Source: Polyangiales bacterium (GTDB lineage Bacteria; Myxococcota_A; Polyangia; Polyangiales; Polyangiaceae). Taken from it: DNA of 64,000 nt. The notes under the pieces were generated by a model. The model was not told where the DNA came from and did no database searches. It was given only the letters and a program-made list of their open reading frames with translations. This document shows, piece by piece, positions 56,717-64,000 of the stretch; position 1 is the stretch's first letter; every line of letters starts with the position of its first letter. Both the position numbers and the translations under genes were made by a program. The stretch covers positions 18,555 to 82,554 of the forward strand of contig JBBRNJ010000036.1 in NCBI GenBank assembly GCA_038230375.1, in the 5' to 3' direction.

Positions 56717-58419
56717 AGACGAGGAGCCCTCTGAGGCTCGCCGGTCTCGTGCTTTGCATTGCGTGCGGGCAGCCAGCGACACCAGCGGATCCCGCCAGAT
56801 CGTCGCCCGCGTTCGATGTCGTCATCATCCATGGCCGGATCATCGACGGCACCGGCTCTCCGTCGCGGTCGGGAGATCTTGCCATTCGTGGCGGTCGCGT
56901 CGCAGCGATCGGTGATCTGGGTACTGCTTCGCGGAGGGCGACCATCGACGCAGAGGGGATGGTCGTCGCGCCCGGCTTCATCGACATGCTGGGCCAATCG
57001 GAGATCTCGATCCTCGTGGAGCCGCGCTTGCCATCGAAGATCTACCAGGGCATCACGACCGAGATCACGGGCGAGGGCTACTCGGCGGCGCCGCAGACCG
57101 CCGCCATCATCGGGGTTGGTCAAGACTACGTCGAGTACATGCACGCAGCGCCGGAGTGGCGCACGTTCCACGACTACTTCGCGCGTCTCGAGAAGCAAGG
57201 GATGGGCGTGAACCTTGGCTCCTATGTTGGAGCAACGCAGGTGAGGCAGCTCGTGGTGGGAGAGGTCGATCGAAGGGCCACCACCGAGGAGCTCACGCGG
57301 ATGAAGGGGCTCGTACGTGATGCGATGAAGGAAGGCGCCATGGGGCTGTCTTCCTCGCTGCAATATGCGCCCGCGCCCTATGCGTCGACGGACGAGCTCA
57401 TCGCATTGGCGTCCGAGGCGGCTGCGATGGGAGGCATCTACGCGACCCACATGCGGGACGAGAGCGATGCGATCGGCAAGGGGCTCGACGAGGCGTTCCA
57501 GATCGGCCGGGAGGCACGTATCCCCGTCGAGATCTTCCATCTCAAGGTCGCCGGCAAGAACAACTGGGGGCGCATGCCGGAGGTGGTGGCGCGGATCGAG
57601 GAGGCCCGTAGGGCCGGGGTCGACGTGTCCGCTGACACGTACGCGTACACGGCGTGGGCCAACGCCATGTCGGCGTTCGTGCCGCCGTGGGCGCACGACG
57701 GCGGAGACGACAAGATGATCGAACGCCTGAAGGAGCCGGCGACGCGGGCGCGCATTCGCCATGACCTCATGACGCCCGCCACGACGTGGGACAATGAGTG
57801 GCTTCGCATCACCGGCCCAGAGGCTGTCATCATCAGCGTTGTCCGCTCACCGCAGCTCCTTCCGTTGCAGGGCAAGACGCTGGCGAGGATCGCGGATGAG
57901 CAGCACCAGGATGCGATGGATGTCCTGTTCGACCTACTGATCGCGGACCACGCGTCCACGACGGTGGCCGTGTTTGGCATGTCGGAGCCCGACGTCGCGC
58001 TTGCGCTCGCGCAGCCATGGGTCTCCGTGGGCTGTGACTCGCCCGGTACGTCGCCAGACGGGATCCTAGGGCGCGAGCATCCACACCCGCGCGCGTACGG
58101 GACCTTCCCCCGGATTCTCCGCAGGTATGTGCGCGAGGAGAAGCGCCTCACGCTGGAGGAAGCCGTGCGCAAGTTCACGTCGTTGCCCGCATCACGCGTG
58201 CACCTCGCGGATCGCGGTGTCCTTGCCGTTGGCGCGTGGGCGGACGTGGTGGTGTTCGACCCGGGCGCCATCACGGACGTCGCCACCTTCGATGACCCCA
58301 ACCGGCTCTCCGTCGGAATGAGCCACGTCCTCGTCAATGGCGTGTCCGTGATCGCGGACGGCAAGATGACGGGCGCCTTGCCCGGCAAGGTGCTTCGCGG
58401 CGCTGGCGCCTTGCGCTAA
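56713..58419 (+). CDS. N-acyl-D-amino-acid deacylase family amidohydrolase
   Basis: GRIIDGTG, VVAPGFID, QGITTEITGEG, YATHMRDE, HPHPRAYGTFPR, ADVVVFDP. Confidence 0.92.
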   Translation: MKTRSPLRLAGLVLCIACGQPATPADPARSSPAFDVVIIHGRIIDGTGSPSRSGDLAIRGGRVAAIGDLGTASRRATIDAEGMVVAPGFIDMLGQSEISILVEPRLPSKIYQGITTEITGEGYSAAPQTAAIIGVGQDYVEYMHAAPEWRTFHDYFARLEKQGMGVNLGSYVGATQVRQLVVGEVDRRATTEELTRMKGLVRDAMKEGAMGLSSSLQYAPAPYASTDELIALASEAAAMGGIYATHMRDESDAIGKGLDEAFQIGREARIPVEIFHLKVAGKNNWGRMPEVVARIEEARRAGVDVSADTYAYTAWANAMSAFVPPWAHDGGDDKMIERLKEPATRARIRHDLMTPATTWDNEWLRITGPEAVIISVVRSPQLLPLQGKTLARIADEQHQDAMDVLFDLLIADHASTTVAVFGMSEPDVALALAQPWVSVGCDSPGTSPDGILGREHPHPRAYGTFPRILRRYVREEKRLTLEEAVRKFTSLPASRVHLADRGVLAVGAWADVVVFDPGAITDVATFDDPNRLSVGMSHVLVNGVSVIADGKMTGALPGKVLRGAGALR

Positions 58420-58605
58420 CGCCAGAGCACTTGATGCTGTCCTGTCAAGAAGCTGCGGCCGTGTCGTGATTGCTGGCGACTGCGGGCCTCGCGTTCCTTC
58501 CAAGCTGAAATGGTCCAGACTGCGGCCCCGCCGCGCTGTCACGCTGCCGCGGCTCGAAAGCAACGTCGTTGTGAACAGGATCGCTACAACTGGCCACGGC
58601 GTTGG

Positions 58606-59130
58606 CTACTTCTTCGCCTTCGGAGCGACCTTGGCGGGCGCTGCGGGCGCGGCCTTCGGTGCGTCGGTCCACTTGCCGGACATGACGCCCTCGCAGAGGC
58701 TCTTCATCGAATCGCCAGTGACACCGGCCTGCTTGTAGAAGTAGTCGACGTCGTTCAGGCCGCTGCCGGTGTCGGCACGTGCACACGACCCAAGCATGTT
58801 GTCGTGCGAGCACGGAGTTGCGCCCTTCTTGTACACGCCGCCGAGGCGCTTGCAGCTGTCCTCCGCCCCCATGCCCTCCGCACCCAGCGACTCGGTGCAC
58901 TTGCCGTCGGTCGCGTTGTTGCAACTGGCACCGATCCCGCCGGGGTTCGCCGCGGCGGGCGCGGCCGCTGCGTTGATCGTGGGTGCAGCCGACGGTCCGG
59001 CCATGGCGGATGCGAGGGCCGCGGCGAGCGCGTCCTCCTGCTTCTTCTGCTCCTCGGGGCTTGGCTTGGAGCAGCCCGTGGAGAGCGTGATGAGTGCGAG
59101 CGGAAGAGCGATTGCAAGTGCGAGCTTCAT
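58606..59130 (-). CDS. Six-Cys lipoprotein
   Basis: SD AAGGA. Lipobox STGC. Cys pattern shared with 34066-34443. Confidence 0.78.
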   Translation of the reverse strand: MKLALAIALPLALITLSTGCSKPSPEEQKKQEDALAAALASAMAGPSAAPTINAAAAPAAANPGGIGASCNNATDGKCTESLGAEGMGAEDSCKRLGGVYKKGATPCSHDNMLGSCARADTGSGLNDVDYFYKQAGVTGDSMKSLCEGVMSGKWTDAPKAAPAAPAKVAPKAKK

Positions 59131-59181
59131 GAGAGTTCCTTGTTGTTCGTGAGGTGAAAAAGTGGATGCGGTGTCTCGTGC

Positions 59182-59646
59182 TCAGGCACGTGGCGATGGG
59201 AGCGCGTTCATGTGCGGCGCCGCCGGAAGCGCGCCAGCGCTCTGCTTCCAGGTCTGGACGACACCTTCGGCAGCAGGGAAATTTCCCTTCATCCAGAAGC
59301 GCCCGAACACCACGGTCTTCGTGAAGTTCTTCGCCTGCGAGCGCACGGTGAGGTTCTTGTTGAAGATGCCCCAGCCCAGCTGCGTGCGATCGATCTCCTG
59401 CCAGCGGAGCGCGTCCACCTTCTTCGTCTTGAACCCGCTGAGCAGACCGCCGTGCTGCACGAAGAGCAGGCGCTGATCCGTCGCGGCGACGAGGTAGCTG
59501 CGCCAGAACATGCTGCCGAATCGAGAGAACACGCGCGAGTACCAGGGTTTCTCGACGCCGCGGGCGCGGAACAGGACTCGCTCGTTCGGCGCGAGCTGCG
59601 GGGTGAGGAGGGATGTCGCGTGGTTCTCGTTGAAGCTGAATGCCAT
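59182..59646 (-). CDS. Bacterial PH-domain-like protein
   Basis: SD GGAGA. LAPNERVLF...YLVAATDQRLLFV...LRWQEI pattern. Confidence 0.7.
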   Translation of the reverse strand: MAFSFNENHATSLLTPQLAPNERVLFRARGVEKPWYSRVFSRFGSMFWRSYLVAATDQRLLFVQHGGLLSGFKTKKVDALRWQEIDRTQLGWGIFNKNLTVRSQAKNFTKTVVFGRFWMKGNFPAAEGVVQTWKQSAGALPAAPHMNALPSPRA

Positions 59647-59714
59647 GTTGATTTCTCCGGTTCTTGCGGCGGGGAAGTCCGTCGCGGTTGCGGAGAATGA
59701 GACGTTGAACGCTT

Positions 59715-59764
59715 CGTCAATCTTGCATCAACGGGCCATCAAATCATCAACGGCCCCATCAAAT
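59715..59764. promoter_or_regulatory. Phased direct-repeat array CRTCAA x5
   Basis: CGTCAA 59715; CATCAA 59726, 59737, 59745, 59757. Confidence 0.7.
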
Positions 59765-59774
59765 GGCGGTAGAC

Positions 59775-62126
59775 CTACGCGCGAACGACGGTGATTTTCG
59801 GGTCCAGCGCCCAGCCGTCGTCGCGCGTGACGATCGGCAGACCAAGCTTGCGAAGCGTGGAGATCGCCACCCGCACGCGATGCGCGCCAGCGGCGGCCTG
59901 TAGCTTCTCGCCTGGCCACGCGGCGTCCATCAGGGCGCGCGAGCCGAGCGTCGTCTCTGGTCGCTCCAGTCGCTCCTTCGTCAGGCGCTCCGCGATGCGA
60001 GAAAGCGGGCGACGCCGCTCGAGCCCCACGCGCAGGCCGCGCGGCGCACGAAACCATGCGCCGTCGGTCGCGACCAGCAGCGCGTCGTCCGGCGGCGGCC
60101 TCTGACCGCCATCCGCGCTGTCGAGCGCGCGCAGCTGCTCGACGAACAGCGTAGCGGCGGCGCCCAGCGAGAGCTCCGTGAGGGCGTCGCGCGCAGACGT
60201 CAGCCGCGCCTTCGCCTCACCAACCTTGCCCTCCTCCAGCGCCACGATGCCGAGCTGCCCTTGCGCCTCTGCTGCAAGCGCCTCGAACCCGAGCTGGGCA
60301 AACGTCTCCGCCGCTCGCTCCAGTGACTCGCGTGCCAGGGCTCGGTCGCCGGAGCGGCATGCGACGAGACCAAGCTGCATTCGTGCGCACCCCGCGCCGC
60401 GAGAGATCTCTGGCGACAGCGCCAGGCTCTCCTCCGTTGCTGTCCGCGCAGCAGCCAGGCGACCCTCCGCGAGCTCGAGCGCACCCAGCGAGAGCAGATC
60501 TGCCGTGCGCGCCTCGGGATCGCTCTCGTGCGCCTCACGCGCGCGCGCGAGCAGGGCACGGGCTTCCTCTACGCGTCCAGTTCGCGCCAGCAGCGCCGCC
60601 AGGCTCTGTTGCGCGCGTCCTTCTTCGTTACGCTCGTTCTCCGTGGCGAAGAGCGCGGCAGCCCGACGGAAGTGATCTTCGGCAGCGGGCAGATCGCCAG
60701 CGTCGGTCAGCGCGTGACCGAGCTCGAAGAGCGCGCGCGCCTCCAGGGACACGTTCTTGATGGTGCGCGCGAGGCCCAGCGCGCCCACGAGATCACGCGC
60801 GCCCTTGCCAGCAGCTCCGCGGTGATGATGCAGCGTACCTCGGACAAGGAGCACCTCGCAGACCAGGCTCGGGTCAGCTCCCGACCCGCGCGTGCTTGCG
60901 ATCGCGGGGTCGACGATCACCTCGTACGCGCGCAGGGGCCCGTGGCGAAAGAGCACGGGAGCAAGGGCCAGCAGCGCACGAAGCGCGGGCTCGGCCACGC
61001 GCGCCGTCACGGAGCCCGACCGCGCAACGCGCTCGATCACCGCAAGCAGATTGTCCTTCTCCGCGAAGAGGCTGCGCATCATGCTTTCGCGGGACGAAGG
61101 CTTCGCCGCGAACGTCGCGAAGTACGCGGCGTGCTTCGACTCGGCCGTTGCGCGCGCGGCCTTCGTGTCGTCCAGGCGGGCCGACGCGTATGCGTGGATG
61201 CTGCGGTACATGTCCAGTCGAAGATCGCCATCGGCACCCTCCCGCGCCAGGAGCAGCGACTTGTCGCGTAGGTGCGTGAGCACGTCGATCGCGGTCCCGT
61301 GAACCTCGACGATCGCCTCCGCAGCCTCCAGCGTGAAGCCACCGCGGAACACCGTCACCGCGGCGAGCGCCGCCTTCTCATCCTCGGTGAGCGAGCTCCA
61401 GGACCCCGACAGCGCACGCGCGAGTGCGTCCCCCGTGCCGCCTCCGCCAGTGCGAATGCGATGCAAGAGCGCGCGCGGTGCCATGACTGACAGGCGCGTG
61501 GCCCAGAGCTCGATCGCGAGCGGCACGCCTTCCAGCTCCTTCGCGATCTCCTTCACGATCGCGAGGTCCTGAGCCGTGGGGGTGAAGCCCGCGCGGATTC
61601 GCTGCGCACAAGCGACGAACAGCTCTTCTGCCTCTGGCAGTGGCCCGAGCTCGTGGACGACCTCGCCCGGCAGTCGCGTGCGCTCGCGCGAAGCCACCAG
61701 CAGGAGCAGCTCCGGCGCCATGCGCAGCCACGTCCCGAGGGTCTCTTCCGCGCGCACAGACAGCGACTCGAAGGCGTCCAGGCAGAGCAACAGATCTCCT
61801 CGCGTCGCAAGCGCCCGTCCGATCCGGTGGAGCGGCTCCTGCGCGCCTTCTTCCTCCGCAAGGCCCAACGCACCAGCAACGGCGTCGCACAGTGCGGCGA
61901 CATCCGTGACGGCGCAGAGCTCCACCCACGCAACGTGAGTTGTCACGTCCGCGGTGCGCGCCACCTCCAGCGCCACGCGCGTCTTCCCGATGCCGCTCGG
62001 TCCCGCGATGGTGACCAGGCGCTCCCCCGCGTCCAGCCATCGCGTGATCTCCGCGACATCCGCGGCCCGGCCAACGAGCAGCGCCCGAGGCGCGAGCAGC
62101 GCTGCCGAAAGAGAGCCCTTGTCCAC
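59775..62126 (-). CDS. NB-ARC-like ATPase + TPR repeats + C-terminal winged-helix regulator
   Basis: LVGR, Walker A GPSGIGKT, LLCLDAFE, SRE, LEGVPLAIEL, VFRGGF, TPRs, AAWPGE...RVRVAISTLRKLG. Start taken at GTG 62126. Confidence 0.85.
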   Translation of the reverse strand: MDKGSLSAALLAPRALLVGRAADVAEITRWLDAGERLVTIAGPSGIGKTRVALEVARTADVTTHVAWVELCAVTDVAALCDAVAGALGLAEEEGAQEPLHRIGRALATRGDLLLCLDAFESLSVRAEETLGTWLRMAPELLLLVASRERTRLPGEVVHELGPLPEAEELFVACAQRIRAGFTPTAQDLAIVKEIAKELEGVPLAIELWATRLSVMAPRALLHRIRTGGGGTGDALARALSGSWSSLTEDEKAALAAVTVFRGGFTLEAAEAIVEVHGTAIDVLTHLRDKSLLLAREGADGDLRLDMYRSIHAYASARLDDTKAARATAESKHAAYFATFAAKPSSRESMMRSLFAEKDNLLAVIERVARSGSVTARVAEPALRALLALAPVLFRHGPLRAYEVIVDPAIASTRGSGADPSLVCEVLLVRGTLHHHRGAAGKGARDLVGALGLARTIKNVSLEARALFELGHALTDAGDLPAAEDHFRRAAALFATENERNEEGRAQQSLAALLARTGRVEEARALLARAREAHESDPEARTADLLSLGALELAEGRLAAARTATEESLALSPEISRGAGCARMQLGLVACRSGDRALARESLERAAETFAQLGFEALAAEAQGQLGIVALEEGKVGEAKARLTSARDALTELSLGAAATLFVEQLRALDSADGGQRPPPDDALLVATDGAWFRAPRGLRVGLERRRPLSRIAERLTKERLERPETTLGSRALMDAAWPGEKLQAAAGAHRVRVAISTLRKLGLPIVTRDDGWALDPKITVVRA

Positions 62127-62177
62127 GAGGCGAGCGTAGCGCGACCCCGCCACACGGCCTACGATGCAAAGCGCCGT

Positions 62178-63644
62178 ATGCGCCTGCGCTTCGACCAGTA
62201 CAAGGAGATCTCCGGTCGACTCCAGTGGGTGTCGATAGCCTGGCTCGTGACAGGCGGCCTTTGCTTGGCCGGCGGGAGCCTTTCCGGGTGGCTCGGCCTG
62301 CTCATGATCTTCATGACGGATGGTGGAGTCTGGGAGCGGCGCTCTGGGATGTTCCTCGCGGTCTTCACGGGATTCTTTCCGTTCGCGCTCGGCGCGCTCA
62401 TGGTCGCGCGCGGGCTCTCGCAGCGACGCGAGCTTCGCGTGCTCCGCGATCTTGGCGCGCTCGCACGACAGCTGCCCGCGTTCTCGGTGGAGGATGTTGC
62501 GCGCGTTCTGGACGTGGGGCCCGCGCGCGCGCATCGCATCGTGCTCGACACGATGACGAAGGGCATCCTCGAGGAGACGCAAGGGGTCGCACAAGGTCCC
62601 GGCGCAGGCGCTGCAACTCCCGCTGGCGACGTGATCTCAGGGGATGCGAAGACGGTGGCGGATCCGCTCGCGCGACCGGTCTCCCCCGTCGTGCAGCATG
62701 AAGCGCGTCCCGTCAGTGCTCCCGAGGATAGCTGGATGGGCGCTGTGCTCCACGGCACGTACCGGATCGAGGGACACGTCGGTGCTGGCGGAATGGGCAT
62801 GGTCTTTCGCGCGCGCCATCTTCGCACCGGTCGTGCCTACGCCGTGAAGACGCTGCTGCCGGACGCGCGACTCTTGCCGGATGCTCTGCGCCGCTTCGAG
62901 CGCGAGGCCACCGCAGCCAGTGCGCTCGGGCATCCGAACATCATCTCCGTCCACGACTTCAACGTGACGCCCGACGGCATCCACTACATCGTCATGGAGC
63001 TGCTCGAAGGAGAGACCCTGGAGCAGCGGCTCGTGCGCGTCGGGAGTCTGCCGTGGCAAGACGCGCAGCGGCTCATCCTCGAGGTCGGCGCGGGCCTCTG
63101 CGCTGCGCACGAGCACGGGCTGCTTCATCGCGACGTGAAGCCGGGCAATATCTTCCTCGCGCGCGCAGACACCAGCGAGCGCGCGGTCCTGCTGGATTTC
63201 GGCCTCGTGAAGCCCTCCGATGATACGGCGGTGTCGCGCATCACGGCGTCCGGTGCAGCCATCGGCACGCCGCTCTACATGTCACCCGAGCAAGCGCGCG
63301 GCGAGGCGGTGGACGAGCGGAGCGATCAATATGCCCTCGCGGCCGTGCTGTTCGAGATGGTCACCGGTGCGCCACCGTTCCTGGATCGCACCCTCGCGAG
63401 CGTCTATGCACAGCTGCTCACGATGGAGGCGCCGAGCGCGAGCGCAGTCTCCGACCGTGCTGTTCCCGCCGAGTTGGACGCCGTCCTTGCGCGCGGGCTC
63501 GCAAAAGCGAAAGAGGCGCGCTACGCGGACGTTCGGGCGTTCCTCGCCGCCGCGCAGGCGATCGCCCCCACCCCCACCTGGGACGGCGCGAGCGCCATCA
63601 GTGGGCCCGCCCGTGTCACCAGTGCCATCCGAAAGCCTGCGTAG
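62178..63644 (+). CDS. Membrane-anchored Ser/Thr protein kinase
   Basis: N-terminal TM helices. GAGGMGMV, YAVKTL, RFEREA, HRDVKPGN, LLDFG, GTPLYMSPEQ. Confidence 0.92.
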   Translation: MRLRFDQYKEISGRLQWVSIAWLVTGGLCLAGGSLSGWLGLLMIFMTDGGVWERRSGMFLAVFTGFFPFALGALMVARGLSQRRELRVLRDLGALARQLPAFSVEDVARVLDVGPARAHRIVLDTMTKGILEETQGVAQGPGAGAATPAGDVISGDAKTVADPLARPVSPVVQHEARPVSAPEDSWMGAVLHGTYRIEGHVGAGGMGMVFRARHLRTGRAYAVKTLLPDARLLPDALRRFEREATAASALGHPNIISVHDFNVTPDGIHYIVMELLEGETLEQRLVRVGSLPWQDAQRLILEVGAGLCAAHEHGLLHRDVKPGNIFLARADTSERAVLLDFGLVKPSDDTAVSRITASGAAIGTPLYMSPEQARGEAVDERSDQYALAAVLFEMVTGAPPFLDRTLASVYAQLLTMEAPSASAVSDRAVPAELDAVLARGLAKAKEARYADVRAFLAAAQAIAPTPTWDGASAISGPARVTSAIRKPA

Positions 63645-63699
63645 GCCCCCTCCGCGGTGGCTTGTGACCGGGGCAAGACCGTTGTTATGTTGGGCGGTC

Positions 63700-63990
63700 A
63701 TGGAAGTCGACGAGCGCCACAAGATTTGTCAGCTGATCGAGTCGATGCTTGCTGCGGATGGAACGATCTCTCCGATCGAGCGTGATTTTCTTCGCCGCGT
63801 GGTGGAGCGCTTCGGTCTACCCGACCGCGAGGGTGTTCCCTTCTCCGACAGCGCCGAGAGCGACGTCGGCCGCTCGACCAACGCGCTACGCTCGCGGTCG
63901 GCCTGGAAGAGGTGCTCGTTCGGCTTCGACGCCATGAACATTCCACCGAAGACGCCGCCCGCCATCATGTCTCCCACGAACGCCGTGTGA
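63700..63990 (+). pseudogene. TerB-family protein, apparently truncated near 63890
   Basis: MLAADGTISPIERDFLRRVVERFGL is a TerB motif. After ...TNALRS the frame is the antisense of another gene. Confidence 0.55.
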
Positions 63991-64000
63991 TTGGAGAGCA
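63890..64000 (-). pseudogene. Fragment of a gene entering from the right edge, possibly MBL-fold hydrolase
   Basis: Minus frame LSNHTAFVGDMMAGGVFGGMFMASKPNEHLFQADRE with high GC3. The AFVGD motif is present, but no downstream PGHG/LGHG motif follows. Confidence 0.45.

Noticed and set aside
62126..62594. N-terminal extensions of the 939-aa and 663-aa ORF-track entries (also 25247, 11151-12110 and 7893 starts)
   Set aside because: The extensions overlap neighbouring real genes. Starts were moved to where family motifs or signal peptides begin.
21000..64000. Accessory region as a prophage or integrative element
   Set aside because: No integrase, transposase, tRNA, phage structural gene or flanking att repeats recognised.

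Overview
GC-rich bacterial chromosome segment. The gene content points to a myxobacterium (Myxococcota, probably Polyangiales): Cys-rich lipoproteins, Hanks-type kinases, an RHH-FHA protein and a split F0 atp operon. This placement is inferred from gene content only. About 1-21 kb is mostly core genome: GT2 polyprenol-phosphate mannose synthase, GAF histidine kinase, L,D-transpeptidase, AarF/UbiB kinase, atpZ/I-atpB-atpE, rdgB-rph, HAMP histidine kinase, CCG Fe-S protein, FHA protein and ftsK. About 21-64 kb is an accessory mosaic. It holds an sdpA-sdpB pair with no visible sdpC, a double PARP-type zinc-finger protein, and an FAD oxidoreductase/small Cys-His peptide/B12 radical SAM/S9 peptidase neighbourhood. 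It also holds a CzcA-type RND pair without an outer-membrane factor, a protein with a histone-H1-like tail, an Lgt paralog, many lipoproteins and a di-heme cytochrome c. Near the end are an ATPase-TPR-HTH regulator next to a phased CATCAA repeat array and a divergent Ser/Thr kinase. Other signals: a TANNNT hexamer 6-8 nt before many start codons (probable leaderless mRNAs), a probable frameshift near 41.75 kb, and an apparent deletion or chimera junction near 63.89 kb. I recognised no rRNA, tRNA, CRISPR array, transposase or integrase. All family calls come from motif recognition, not database searches.
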